From Myxococcota bacterium (GTDB lineage: Bacteria > Myxococcota_A > UBA796 > UBA2385): 64,000 bases of DNA. Position 1 is the stretch's first letter; each line of letters opens with the position of its first letter. Below, in pieces: positions 8,419-18,745 of this stretch. The notes below the pieces were generated by a model. The model made no database searches. It had not been told where the DNA came from and saw only the letters and a program-made list of their open reading frames with translations. The stretch spans positions 64,001 through 128,000 of the forward strand of contig JBIJDH010000011.1 of assembly GCA_044344255.1 (NCBI GenBank), given 5' to 3'. The translations under genes were made by a program, and so were the position numbers.

Positions 8419-9906
8419 TCAGGCCGAGCCTCGGTCGCCCCTCTCCCCGCCCGGCAGACCTCGCGCCGCCTCTTCGGCGGACCGCGTCCGGGACACACCG
8501 TCCCGAAAGGCCCGCCCAACCCTTGTCTGGTCCTCGATCATCGCCAGCTTTGGCCAGGTCGAGCGCTCCCCGGAGCGGATGAAGGCGGCGAGGTCGTCGC
8601 GGCTCGGGTTGACCACGATCTTGCGCATCAGCGAGAGGTCGAAGTCGGGGTGGATGTCGATGTCGCCGTGGTAGTCTTGCACCATGAGGGCGTGCACCCG
8701 ATCGGCGACCTGACGGAGCGGCCCCGTGCTCGGCCGCACCGCTCGGCGGGCGAGGTCTGCCGCCCAGGCCCCCTGGCTCCGCGCCGACGTGCTGACGATC
8801 GCCGCCACCGCCGGCTGGATGCCCCGCTGCCCTCGGTGGCGCGCGAAGGGCACCACGTGAGGGTTTGTCTGGCTGACGATGAAGTGGTTCACGTTGTGCA
8901 GACGGGCGAGGCGCAGCTTGGGCAGATCCTCGTAGATCGACCCGTCCACCCACCGTTCAGATGGAACATACGGCACGATTCGACCCGAAGGGTCGCGGGC
9001 CTCGAGCACCACGGGCGGGAAGAGGCCCGGCAGGGCGCTCGAGGCGAGGGCCGCCCGCGCGACCAGCACGTCTGGCGCCGTCAGGTGGGTGAGCACCCGC
9101 GGCTTCTGGCGGGTGCGCGTGGGGGAGACAGCGATGTTCAGCGCGCGACCGCTGTGCGCGAAGGCCTCGGCGAAGGTTCGGTCACCGATGTTGTGGCGGA
9201 GGACGGCGCCGAGCTGCTCGGGGTCGAGCCACGCCCGCTCGCTCCAGGAGGCGCGCAGGCCCACGGGCTTCAGGCCGTCGAGGCGCATCTGGTCCGGGTT
9301 GGCGAAGAGATCGCGCAGCTCCGTGTCGTCGCGGGTGCACACCCCACCCGCGATCATGGCACCCGTGCTCGCTCCGGAGAGGATGTCGGGCAGGAGGCCA
9401 TGCTCGAAGAGGGCCTTGACCACGCCGAGGTGGTGAAACCCCCAGGTCGCGCCGCCCGACAGCATGAGCGCCGACCGCCCGAAGACCCGCCACGCCGCCT
9501 CGAAGCGGGCCCGCTTGTCTCGCGGACCGACGCCCGGCAGGGGGGTGACCGCCAGCCACCGCAAGCTGGCCTCGACCTCATCGAGGTACTGCACGAGGAG
9601 CCGCTTCGTGCCACCGAGGGCCACGGCGTAGAGCTCGGGGGCGGCGATGTCGGAGAGGTGTCGGTACAGGCTCTCGGTGAGCAGCGCGACGAGGCGGAGC
9701 CCCTCTCCCGACTCGCGGAGCGCGCGGAGGGCGGCGGTCTCGGAGCGTAAGAGGACCGCGTCGTAGTAGGGGCTCTCGTCGTCCTCCTGCCACTCGGCAG
9801 CTCCGGTGAGGGTGTCTACGGCCTGGGCCGCGGCGCGCCACTCTGCGGCGCTCTCCGCGGCGTCGAGGGCCGACCAGGCCTCTCGGAGCGCCCCCGAGCG
9901 GCTCAT
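8419..9906 (-). CDS. Patatin-like phospholipase / triacylglycerol lipase (DUF3336 + patatin type)
   Basis: LMLSGGATWG Gly loop, GASTG nucleophile elbow, ASSALPG, WVDGS, and NVNHFIVSQTNPHVVPF. Confidence 0.9.
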   Translation of the reverse strand: MSRSGALREAWSALDAAESAAEWRAAAQAVDTLTGAAEWQEDDESPYYDAVLLRSETAALRALRESGEGLRLVALLTESLYRHLSDIAAPELYAVALGGTKRLLVQYLDEVEASLRWLAVTPLPGVGPRDKRARFEAAWRVFGRSALMLSGGATWGFHHLGVVKALFEHGLLPDILSGASTGAMIAGGVCTRDDTELRDLFANPDQMRLDGLKPVGLRASWSERAWLDPEQLGAVLRHNIGDRTFAEAFAHSGRALNIAVSPTRTRQKPRVLTHLTAPDVLVARAALASSALPGLFPPVVLEARDPSGRIVPYVPSERWVDGSIYEDLPKLRLARLHNVNHFIVSQTNPHVVPFARHRGQRGIQPAVAAIVSTSARSQGAWAADLARRAVRPSTGPLRQVADRVHALMVQDYHGDIDIHPDFDLSLMRKIVVNPSRDDLAAFIRSGERSTWPKLAMIEDQTRVGRAFRDGVSRTRSAEEAARGLPGGERGDRGSA

Positions 9907-10120
9907 CTCCTCCTCCGTACCGCCCGCCGGCCCGCGGGAGCGGCGACCGGAGGCAAGGGTGCGGAGCGGCGGCTGCGGCGCGGCATGGGGCTACCTCACA
10001 CGGCGAGCGGCGCGTGTCGCGCCCCGATCGCCTCTCCCCCGAAAGGGCATCCTTGAAAAGATGATCCCCACGGCGGGGATCGCCCGTGCGTTGTTGTAAA
10101 CTTCTCGTGACGAGGTTCAC

Positions 10121-13100
10121 ATGCGCCCGACGCGGATCACATCCCTGCTGAATTCCCTGCTCACCCCGCTCGCCTCTGCCCGGCTCACGCCCCTGCTGAT
10201 GGCGCTCTCGCTGAGCTGCACGACGGGCGACAAGGCCGCCGAAGACACCTCGAACATCGCGCCTTCCGCCGAAGACCTCGACCGCGACGGCTACTTCTCC
10301 GACGAAGACTGCAACGACGCCGACTCCGCCATCAACCCGGGGGCGGCCGAGATCTGCGACGGCGTCGACAACAACTGCGACCTCCAGGTGGATGAGGGCG
10401 CCACCGCCACTTGGTACGCCGACACCGACGGCGACGGATTCGGCGACGTCGAGAGCTCGACGGAGGCCTGCGAGGCGCCCGAGGGCTACTCCAACAACGC
10501 CTCTGACTGCGACGACCAGAACGCCGACGCCTACCCCGGCGCCATCGACGTCTGCGACGGCGTCGACAACAACTGCGACGGCTCCACCGACGAAGACGAG
10601 GCGCTCACCTGGTACGCCGACGCCGACGGCGACACCTGGGGTGACGCCGCGATCACCACCACCGCCTGTGAGGAGCCCGTCGGGTACACCGCCGTCTCCG
10701 GCGACTGCGACGACAGCACCGCCGAGGCCTGGCCCGGCCACGCCGAGGTCTGCGACGAGATCGACAACGACTGCGACGGCGACATCGACGAAGACGTCAA
10801 GTCGGTCTTCTATGAGGACCGCGACAGCGATGGCTGGGGCGACCTCGCCGAGATCGCCGAGGCCTGCGTGGCCCCCACCGGCTACTCCCCCGACGGTGGC
10901 GACTGCGACGACGACGACGCGGCCTTCCACCCCTACGCCCCTGAGGCGGACTGCACCGATCCGAACGACTACAACTGCGACGGGTCGGTGGGCTACGCCG
11001 ACGACGACGCCGACGGCTGGGCCGCCTGCGAGGACTGCGACGACAGCCTCGCCCTCGTCAACCCCGACGGCCTCGAGATCTGCAACGACATCGACGACGA
11101 CTGCGACGGCCTCTTTGACGATGACGACAGTGACATCGACCTCAGCACCGGCAGCACCTGGTACGAGGACTCCGACTCCGACGCCTACGGCGACCTCGGC
11201 TCCCCCACCCTCTCCTGCGATCAGCCCACCGGCTTCGTCACCGACTCCACCGACTGCGACGACGACGACGGGCACGTCCACCCCGCCGCCTCCGAGGTCT
11301 GTAACGGCGTCGATGACGACTGCGACACGCTGATCGACGACGCCGACAGCACGGTTGACCTCAGCACCGGAACCACCTGGTACGGCGACGGCGACACCGA
11401 CGGCTACGGCGCCGCCTCCAAGCCCCTCGACGCCTGCCTGATGCCCACCGGCTACGTCGCCAACGACGACGACTGCAACGACGGCGCCGTGGCGATCAAC
11501 CCGGCGGCGCTCGAGATCTGCGACTCGATCGACAACGACTGCGACGCGCTCATCGACGACGCCGACCCCTCCCTCTCCAGCTCCACCGGCAGCACCTGGT
11601 ACGCCGACGCCGACACCGACGGCTACGGCTCGGCCAGCAGCACCACGATGGCCTGCCTGCAGCCCACCGGGTACACGACCGACAAGCGGGACTGCGACGA
11701 CACGAACATCGCGATCAACCCCGCGGCCACCGAGATCTGCGACGATCTGGACAACGACTGCGACAGCAAGATCGACGACGCAGACCCGAACCTCGACACC
11801 ACCACCGGCAGCACCTGGTACCGCGACGCAGACTCTGACGCCTTCGGCTCGGCCTCCACCACCAAGCTCGCCTGTGACCAGCCCACCGGCTACCTCACCG
11901 ACGCGACGGACTGTAACGACGGTGTGTCGGCCATCAACCCGGCGGCCGCCGAGATCTGCGACAGCCTCGACAACGACTGCGACACGCTGATCGACGACGC
12001 AGACTCGAGCGTGGACCTCACGACCGCCGGCACCTGGTACCGCGACGCCGACGGTGACCTCTACGGCAACGCCAGCAGCACCACCAAGGCCTGCACGGTG
12101 CCCTCCGGCTACCTCTCGACCAGCGGGGACTGTGACGACACCAAGGCGGCGATCAACCCGGCGGCCTCCGAGATCTGCGACAGCCTCGACAACGACTGCG
12201 ACAGCAAGATCGACGACGCCGACAGCTCGCTCGACGCCAGCACCGGCTCCACCTGGTACCGCGACGCCGACGGCGACCACTACGGCAGCTCGAGCAGCAC
12301 GAAGCAGGCTTGCCTGCTCCCCTCCGGCTACCTCTCTACGGCCGGCGACTGCGACGACACCAAGGTAGCGATCAACCCCGCCGCCACCGAGGTCTGTGAC
12401 AGCCTCGACAACGACTGCGACAGCAAGATTGACGACGCCGACACCTCGCTCGACACCAGCACCGCCACCAAGTGGTACGAAGACAAGGACACAGACGGCT
12501 ACGGCATCACCTCGGTCTACACCTACGCCTGCACCGTCCCCTCCGGCTACACGAGCGTCATCACCGACTGTGACGACACCGACTCCACGATCAGCCCGGC
12601 CGACGCCGAGTACTGCGACGGCGTGGACAACGACTGTGACGGCGCCATCGACGAAGCCGACGCGGTGGACTACCCCTGCACCACGGTCATCGAGGACTTC
12701 GAGTCCGGCTGGCCCCGCACCGGCTGGACCACCGTGGGCGGCTGGGGCAGCCTGTCCACCACCCGCTACGAGGGCTCGTACGCGGCGCTGAACCCCGACT
12801 GGAGCTACTACACCGGCGCCAAGATCGCGATCGGCGACACCGTCGGCATGTGGATCCGCGGCGGCTCGGGGCGCGCTTACCTCGGCTTCGACTCCTCGAG
12901 CTCGGGCACCAAGAGCTTCGTGGTGGCCTACAACACCGGCGATATCCGCTTCCAGAACAACGCGAGCTGGAGCTACTCGGAGCTCAACACCACATCGATG
13001 TCCATCCCCACCGGTCAGTGGCTCTACATGGCGGTGACGCTCAACTCGACCACGAGCGCCACCGGCCGGCTCTACAACAGCTCGGGCACGCTGCTCGGCT

Positions 13101-13195
13101 CGGTGAGCCAGACCTACAGCAGCATCAGCGGCACCGGCTACGTCGCGATCCGCAGCTTCAGCACGATCTACATCGACTACATCGACAGCTACTGA
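10121..13195 (+). CDS. Surface lipoprotein with 12 MopE-like 'putative metal-binding' Cys/Asp repeats and a C-terminal beta-sandwich
   Basis: LSLSC lipobox-like segment. 12 copies of DC(D/N)D..x..P...E.C...D.(D/N)CD, mostly with WY.D.D.DGYG linkers. The later repeats recur at about 219 bp (73 aa). Confidence 0.9.
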   Translation: MRPTRITSLLNSLLTPLASARLTPLLMALSLSCTTGDKAAEDTSNIAPSAEDLDRDGYFSDEDCNDADSAINPGAAEICDGVDNNCDLQVDEGATATWYADTDGDGFGDVESSTEACEAPEGYSNNASDCDDQNADAYPGAIDVCDGVDNNCDGSTDEDEALTWYADADGDTWGDAAITTTACEEPVGYTAVSGDCDDSTAEAWPGHAEVCDEIDNDCDGDIDEDVKSVFYEDRDSDGWGDLAEIAEACVAPTGYSPDGGDCDDDDAAFHPYAPEADCTDPNDYNCDGSVGYADDDADGWAACEDCDDSLALVNPDGLEICNDIDDDCDGLFDDDDSDIDLSTGSTWYEDSDSDAYGDLGSPTLSCDQPTGFVTDSTDCDDDDGHVHPAASEVCNGVDDDCDTLIDDADSTVDLSTGTTWYGDGDTDGYGAASKPLDACLMPTGYVANDDDCNDGAVAINPAALEICDSIDNDCDALIDDADPSLSSSTGSTWYADADTDGYGSASSTTMACLQPTGYTTDKRDCDDTNIAINPAATEICDDLDNDCDSKIDDADPNLDTTTGSTWYRDADSDAFGSASTTKLACDQPTGYLTDATDCNDGVSAINPAAAEICDSLDNDCDTLIDDADSSVDLTTAGTWYRDADGDLYGNASSTTKACTVPSGYLSTSGDCDDTKAAINPAASEICDSLDNDCDSKIDDADSSLDASTGSTWYRDADGDHYGSSSSTKQACLLPSGYLSTAGDCDDTKVAINPAATEVCDSLDNDCDSKIDDADTSLDTSTATKWYEDKDTDGYGITSVYTYACTVPSGYTSVITDCDDTDSTISPADAEYCDGVDNDCDGAIDEADAVDYPCTTVIEDFESGWPRTGWTTVGGWGSLSTTRYEGSYAALNPDWSYYTGAKIAIGDTVGMWIRGGSGRAYLGFDSSSSGTKSFVVAYNTGDIRFQNNASWSYSELNTTSMSIPTGQWLYMAVTLNSTTSATGRLYNSSGTLLGSVSQTYSSISGTGYVAIRSFSTIYIDYIDSY

Positions 13196-13250
13196 GCACT
13201 CGGGGGCGCGGCACGGGGGCCCAGCCCCTGCGCCGCGGCCGCTCCGGGGC

Positions 13251-13676
13251 TCAGTTGTCCTTGACCTGGACGCCCTTGATCACCGTGTCGGAAGATGCCT
13301 TGGCGCTGATCTTCCCCGCGGCGTCAAAGGTGATGTCCTTGCCCTTGATGAGGATGCTGCCGTCCTTGCGCATCGTGATGCTGGCGTCCCCGGTCTGGAG
13401 CACGAGCTCGTCCCCTGCGTTGACCACGACGTGCTTGCCGGCCACGACCTTGAGGTCCTTCTCGGCGCTGACCGAGACCACCTCCGCGGAGACCGCGGCG
13501 AGCTTCGTGGCCCGCAGCTCGGCCTGCTCGGCCTGCGCCCCCGCCTCGGCCTCACGGACGACAGCAGGGAGGCAGAGCCCGAGGACCAGGCCGCCGAGGC
13601 CGATGAGCAGCCGCGGGAGGCCCTCCCCCCTCCGGAGGGCGCGAGCGGGCGAAACGGTGGGGGGGAGCTCGGTCAT
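13251..13676 (-). CDS. Small protein: N-terminal hydrophobic helix plus a VgrG/gp5 C-terminal-like beta-strand domain
   Basis: C-terminus ELVLQTGDASITMRKDGSILIKGKDITFDAAGKISAKASSDTVIKGVQVKDN resembles the end of T6SS VgrG proteins. Hydrophobic segment LLIGLGGLVLGLCLPAVV. Confidence 0.7.
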   Translation of the reverse strand: MTELPPTVSPARALRRGEGLPRLLIGLGGLVLGLCLPAVVREAEAGAQAEQAELRATKLAAVSAEVVSVSAEKDLKVVAGKHVVVNAGDELVLQTGDASITMRKDGSILIKGKDITFDAAGKISAKASSDTVIKGVQVKDN

Positions 13677-13801
13677 GAAGGCCCTCGCGGGGGGTGGTGC
13701 ACGGCGGTGGGGAGGCGGTCGAAGCGCGGCCGCGCCGCGGTCGGGGCGGCGATGCCCCCCTCCGCGCGGCGCCCTGCTGTATCCTGGGCCCAGGAGTGAA
13801 C

Positions 13802-15403
13802 ATGGCCGGTCCCCCCCCTTCTTCCCCTGACCGGCCCGCGCCCTCGGCGGAGGGAACCCCCGGCGCCTCTCCCAAGATGCCGCCTCAAATCGGCTACATC
13901 ATCGGGAATGAGGGCTGTGAGCGCTTCTCCTTCTACGGGATGCGCAACGTGCTCACGACCTTCCTCGTGGGCTCTCTCCTGCTCGACCTCCCCGAGGCCG
14001 ACCGAGAGGGCGCGGCCAAGGAGGTCTTTCACACCTTTGTGATCGGGGTCTACTTCTTCCCCCTGCTCGGCGGCTGGCTGGCAGACCGCTACTTCGGCAA
14101 GTACCGGGTGATCTTCGGCCTCTCCCTGGTCTACACGGCCGGCCACCTGCTGCTCGCCCTCTCCGAGAGCCACCGCGCCGGCTTCTACGCCGGCCTCGGC
14201 CTGATCGCGCTCGGCTCCGGGGGCATCAAGCCCTGCGTCTCGGCCTTCGTGGGTGATCAGTTCGACGCCGCCAGCCGGCCGCTCGCCAAGCTGGTCTTCG
14301 ACGCCTTCTACTGGATCATCAACTTCGGCTCCTTCTTCGCCACCCTCCTCGTGCCCTTCCTGCTCCGACAGTGGGGGCCCGGCGTGGCCTTCGGGGTGCC
14401 GGGGGTGCTGATGGCCCTCGCCACCTTCGTGCTCTGGCTCGGTCGTGACCGCTACGTGCGCGTGCCGCCCAACCCCGCGGATCCCCACTCCCTGCTCCGG
14501 GTCGCGCGCACGGCCCTGCTCTCCCCGGGCGCCAGCGGCACACGCCCCGGCCTCGCCCTGGCCCTCGTCGGGGTCATCGCCGCGCTCGCGGCGCCCGTCC
14601 TGCTGCCCTCCATCGGCCTCATCGCCACCCTCTGCCTCGCGCTCGTTCTGCTGCTCGGCCTCGGCGGCGCGGGCGTCGCCCTCCAGCTCAACCGGGCCCG
14701 CGGTGCCCACCCCGAGGAGGCCGTGCAGGGCCTGCGCGCCGTCCTGCGCCTGCTCGTCATCTTCGCGCTCGTGACCCCCTTCTGGTCGCTCTTTGATCAG
14801 AAGGCCAGCACCTGGGTGCTCCAGGCCGGCGGGATGAGCCGGCCGGACTGGTTCCAACCCTCCCAGATGCAGGCCTTGAACCCCGCCCTGGTGATGCTGC
14901 TCATCCCCTTCAACAACCTCGTGCTCTACCCCGCGCTCCGTAAGGCCGGCCTCGAGGCGACCCCGCTCCGGCGGATGACCACGGGCATCGCCGCCTCGGG
15001 CGTCGCCTGGATCGTGGTGGGCGCCCTGCAGCTCCACCTCGACAGCGGGGCCGACCTCAGCATCCTCTGGCAGATCCTGCCCTACGCCCTCCTCACCTTC
15101 GGCGAGGTGCTGGTCAGCGCCACCGGCCTCGAATTCGCCTACTCCCAGGCACCCCTGCGCACGAAGAGCGCCCTGATGGCCTTCTGGAGCCTCTCGGTCA
15201 CCGTCGGCAACCTCTGGGTGCTGCTCGTGAACGCGAGCGTGAAGTCCGAGGCCGCCACCGCCCAGGTGACCGGGCTCGGGCTCGGCGTCACGGCCTTCCA
15301 GATGTTCTTCTTCGCCGGCTTCGCGCTCGTGGCGGCCGCCATCTTCGGCCTCGTGGCCGCGCGCTTCCCGGTGGAGGACCGCTACCGGGCGGCGGGGGCC
15401 TGA
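13802..15403 (+). CDS. POT/PTR family proton-dependent oligopeptide transporter
   Basis: NEGCERFSFYGMR (ExxERFxYYG motif), GGWLADRYFGKY, GSGGIKPCVSAFVGDQF, FYWIINFGS, GLEFAYSQAP. AGGAG SD before ATG 13802. Confidence 0.95.
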   Translation: MAGPPPSSPDRPAPSAEGTPGASPKMPPQIGYIIGNEGCERFSFYGMRNVLTTFLVGSLLLDLPEADREGAAKEVFHTFVIGVYFFPLLGGWLADRYFGKYRVIFGLSLVYTAGHLLLALSESHRAGFYAGLGLIALGSGGIKPCVSAFVGDQFDAASRPLAKLVFDAFYWIINFGSFFATLLVPFLLRQWGPGVAFGVPGVLMALATFVLWLGRDRYVRVPPNPADPHSLLRVARTALLSPGASGTRPGLALALVGVIAALAAPVLLPSIGLIATLCLALVLLLGLGGAGVALQLNRARGAHPEEAVQGLRAVLRLLVIFALVTPFWSLFDQKASTWVLQAGGMSRPDWFQPSQMQALNPALVMLLIPFNNLVLYPALRKAGLEATPLRRMTTGIAASGVAWIVVGALQLHLDSGADLSILWQILPYALLTFGEVLVSATGLEFAYSQAPLRTKSALMAFWSLSVTVGNLWVLLVNASVKSEAATAQVTGLGLGVTAFQMFFFAGFALVAAAIFGLVAARFPVEDRYRAAGA

Positions 15404-16833
15404 AGCACCGCCGCGAGGCAGGGCCGCACCACCCCGGCGACAATGCGCTGGTGCAGCGCCCGCCGCGCGCCCGCGGACAGGCAGCCCCAGGCCGCGGCCA
15501 CCGCCTCCCCCGCGGCGTCGGCGCCCGTGTCGGCGTCGGTCGGCGCGCCCGCGCTGAGCTCGGCCACCCCCTGCCCGACGGCGGCGATCGCGCGCTCCCG
15601 GAGCGAGGCCCCGCCGATCGTGAGCATCCAACGGAGGGTGCGCCAGGCGAGCGCGGCGTGCCGCGCTTCATCCTCGGCGACCGTGAGCAGGGCCGCGCGG
15701 AGCGGGCCCTCGGGCACGCCCTCGGCGGCGGCGCGGGCCTCGGCGGCGCCCACCGTCTCGCCCACGCAGCCCTCGACGACGAGGGTCCAGAGGGCGTCCT
15801 CCAGGCTCATGTTGATGGACAGGCCGGCGAGGGACAGAGGACCCGGGCCCACCGGCTCGCCGAGGAGCTGGCTCGCCACGCCGTAGGCAAGCTCGGCGTG
15901 GGCGACCTCATCGAGGCCGGCGGCCTGGTGGTCGCGCAGGAGCGCGGGGGGCGCGCCGAAAGACAGGAGCTGCAGGGTCGCGCGGGCGAAGGAGGCGACG
16001 CTCGCGTGCTCGAGCGCGGCGACCGAGGCCCAGCGCTGGCCGAGCGCCCGGCGTTGCGCGGGGTCGGTCGGGAGGGCCGCCGGCAGGGCGCGGGACCAGC
16101 CCCGAGAGGGGACGGTGGGCGCCACGCGGGTGGGGCCCAGGGCCTCGGCGTGCAGCGGCCGGCCGATGGCGCAGCCCTGCTGCTGGCAATCGAAGGTGCC
16201 GGTCTCGGAGTAGCCGATCCCGCAGGTCGCGCCTGCGTCGTCGCAGTCGTCAGCCACCCGACAGGTGTCATCTCCGGTGCGACAGCCGAGCTGCTGGGTG
16301 TATCCGCAGCCGTCGTTGTACGAGGAGACCCCGCACTGCCCGGAGTCACAGTCCGCGTTCGTGGCACAGGTCGCCGCGACGCAGGTGGCCCAGTCGTTGG
16401 TCCCCTCGATGACACCCGGGGGGAGACAGGCTTGGCCCTCGGCGCAGTCGTCGTCCCCCTCGCAGGTGTAGACGCAGCCGCAGTAGGTCATCTCCTGGAT
16501 GCCAGAGACACAGTAACCGTGGGCCCGCTCCACACAGTCGGCGTCGGTGGTGCAGGAGAGGTCCTCCTCGGTGCCCGCGCAGGCCGGGCCGGCCGCCTGG
16601 GGGACCACAGGGCGCACCTCCACCCGATTGACGGCGCCGTCGCCGCAGCGCTCGTAGCCGGTGGGGGCGCCGCTGGCGTCGAGGATGGGGGAGGCGGAGG
16701 CGCAGGGCACGGGGGAGCCGGCGCTGTCCTCTTCCTTACCCCCGTCACATGCGCCCGCCCCGAGGCCCATGGCCAGGAGGAGCGAGAGGCGGAGCGCGGA
16801 GGCGAGGTCGTGCGGGCGATGATTGGGCTGCAT
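15382..16833 (-). CDS. Lipoprotein with a Cys-rich N-terminal domain and a C-terminal ferritin-like (diiron-carboxylate) domain
   Basis: GAGAC lipobox-like segment and many Cys-rich units, followed by LEHASVASF, DEVAHA, VEGCVGET and EDEARHA (two ExxH motifs). Confidence 0.82.
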   Translation of the reverse strand: MQPNHRPHDLASALRLSLLLAMGLGAGACDGGKEEDSAGSPVPCASASPILDASGAPTGYERCGDGAVNRVEVRPVVPQAAGPACAGTEEDLSCTTDADCVERAHGYCVSGIQEMTYCGCVYTCEGDDDCAEGQACLPPGVIEGTNDWATCVAATCATNADCDSGQCGVSSYNDGCGYTQQLGCRTGDDTCRVADDCDDAGATCGIGYSETGTFDCQQQGCAIGRPLHAEALGPTRVAPTVPSRGWSRALPAALPTDPAQRRALGQRWASVAALEHASVASFARATLQLLSFGAPPALLRDHQAAGLDEVAHAELAYGVASQLLGEPVGPGPLSLAGLSINMSLEDALWTLVVEGCVGETVGAAEARAAAEGVPEGPLRAALLTVAEDEARHAALAWRTLRWMLTIGGASLRERAIAAVGQGVAELSAGAPTDADTGADAAGEAVAAAWGCLSAGARRALHQRIVAGVVRPCLAAVLQAPAAR

Positions 16834-16932
16834 GCTCCATCATGTCCCGAGCCCACTCCGGTGGCCACGCGCCATCGCCCAGGAACCGCCCACCGTCAGT
16901 CCTGGGGCGCCCGTGCGCCGCTCGGCCGCTCC

Positions 16933-18555
16933 CTACTGGGCCCGGAGGCCGGGCGCCTCGCGGCCCGAGGCGGCCACATACTCGTCGTAGGTGCCGGGGT
17001 AGACCACGGGCCCCTGTGGCGAGAGCTCGACCACCCGATTGGCGAGGGCGCGGAGGAAGGCGCGATCATGGGAGACGAAGACGAGCGTGCCCTCGTACTC
17101 GGCGAGCGAGGCGACGAGCGCCCGCTTGGTCGAGAGGTCGAGGTGGTTGGTGGGCTCGTCGAGCACCATGAAGTTGGGCGCGTCGTAGAGCATCTTCGCC
17201 ATCGCGAGGCGCGACTTCTCGCCGCCGCTCAGCACGGAGATGGGCTTGTCCACGTCATCCCCCGAGAAGCCGAAGGCGCCCGCGAGGCTCTTCAAGACGC
17301 CGAGGCCCACCTTGGGGGCGTGGTTCTGCAGCTCCTCGAGGATGCTGTTGTCCCCGTCGAGCTGCTCCATCTGGTGCTGCGCGAAGTAACCGAGCTCGAC
17401 CGAGGCCCCGACGGTCACCGAGCCCTGATCGGGGTTCAGCGCCCCGGCCATCATCTTGAGCAGGGTGGTCTTGCCCGCGCCGTTCTCGCCCATGATCGCC
17501 CATCGCTCGCCGCGGCGCACGACGAGGTCGACGCTCTTGTGGATGGTGCGGTCGCCGTACCGCTTGGCCACGCCCTTGAGGGTGAGCACGTCGTTGCCGC
17601 TGCGGCCCGCCTTCTTGAACTCGAACCGGCGCTCGACGATCCGCTTCGGCGGCTCGATCCGCTCGATCTTGTCCACCTTCTTGGCCCGGCTCTGCACCTG
17701 GCTGGCCTTGCCGGGCTGCGCCTTGAAGCGCTCGATGAAGCGAAGCTCCTTCTGCAACATCGCCTGCTGCTTCTCGAACTCGGCCTGGAGCTGCACCTCG
17801 GCGAGGGCCCGGGCCTTCTCGTAGGCGCCGTAGTCGCCCGTATAGGAGCGGATACGGCCGCCGTCGATCTCGACGATACGCTTGACCACCCGGTTGAGCA
17901 CGTCCCGGTCGTGGCAGGTCATCAGGACGGCGCCCGGGTAGTCCCGGAGCCAGGCCTCGAGCCAGAGGATGGACTCGATGTCCAGGTAGTTCGTCGGCTC
18001 GTCGAGCAGCAGGAGCTCGGGCCGCGCGAGGAGGATGCGGGCGAGCTGCACCCGCATGCGCCAGCCGCCGGAGAGGGCGCCGATGCGGCCGTCCATCTCC
18101 TCCTGACGGAAGCCGAGGCCGGCGAGGAGCGTGCGGGCGCGGGCCTCGAGGTCATAGCCGCCGCCCGCGGCGTAGTGGGACTGCACGTCACCGTAACGCT
18201 CGAGCACGTCGTCGTAGTCGGGGGCGTCGACGTCATCGAGGCGCGCCTCGAGCAGCACGAGCTCATCGCCGAGGCGGGCGAGGTCACCGGCGCCGGCGAG
18301 GGTCTCCTTCAAGACGGTGGCGTCGCCAAAGTCTGCGAAGTCCTGGCGGAAGTAGCCGACGGTGAGGCGGCGGGGCCGGTCGACCGTGCCCTCGTCGGGG
18401 CTCTGCTCGCCCATCATCAGGCGGAAGATCGTGGTCTTCCCGGAGCCGTTCGGGCCCACGAGGCCCACCTTCTCGCCCGGGTTGATCCGGAGGGAGCTGT
18501 CCAGGAAGAGGACCTGCCCGCCGTACTGCATGGTGATGTTGTTGAGGTCGATCAA
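16933..18555 (-). CDS. ABC-F family ATP-binding protein (two ABC domains, no TM segments)
   Basis: GPNGSGKTT / LSGGWRMR / LLLDEPTN and GENGAGKTT / LSGGEKSR / VLDEPTN. The real start is TTG 18555 after GGAGG. The rest of the 1003-aa track ORF is spurious. Confidence 0.95.
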   Translation of the reverse strand: MIDLNNITMQYGGQVLFLDSSLRINPGEKVGLVGPNGSGKTTIFRLMMGEQSPDEGTVDRPRRLTVGYFRQDFADFGDATVLKETLAGAGDLARLGDELVLLEARLDDVDAPDYDDVLERYGDVQSHYAAGGGYDLEARARTLLAGLGFRQEEMDGRIGALSGGWRMRVQLARILLARPELLLLDEPTNYLDIESILWLEAWLRDYPGAVLMTCHDRDVLNRVVKRIVEIDGGRIRSYTGDYGAYEKARALAEVQLQAEFEKQQAMLQKELRFIERFKAQPGKASQVQSRAKKVDKIERIEPPKRIVERRFEFKKAGRSGNDVLTLKGVAKRYGDRTIHKSVDLVVRRGERWAIMGENGAGKTTLLKMMAGALNPDQGSVTVGASVELGYFAQHQMEQLDGDNSILEELQNHAPKVGLGVLKSLAGAFGFSGDDVDKPISVLSGGEKSRLAMAKMLYDAPNFMVLDEPTNHLDLSTKRALVASLAEYEGTLVFVSHDRAFLRALANRVVELSPQGPVVYPGTYDEYVAASGREAPGLRAQ

Positions 18556-18621
18556 GGCTGCCTCCGAGGCCGCGCCGATTAGCCCCCTCCGCGGGCGCTG
18601 TCGATTCGAGGGCCGCGGGGA

Positions 18622-18663
18622 GTGACCGCGACAGCGACCGCGACCGCGACAGCGACAGCGACA
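18622..18663. repeat. Hexamer microsatellite (GCGAC[A/C]) x7 in a divergent promoter region
   Basis: gtgacc gcgaca gcgacc gcgacc gcgaca gcgaca gcgaca. Confidence 0.9.
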
Positions 18664-18745
18664 GGTGACGCTTGTCATCGCCCTCCCGAAGCCGCGGTCC
18701 TGCGAGAGTGCCCATGGGAGCGATGTCTTTGGCGACCTGAGGCGC

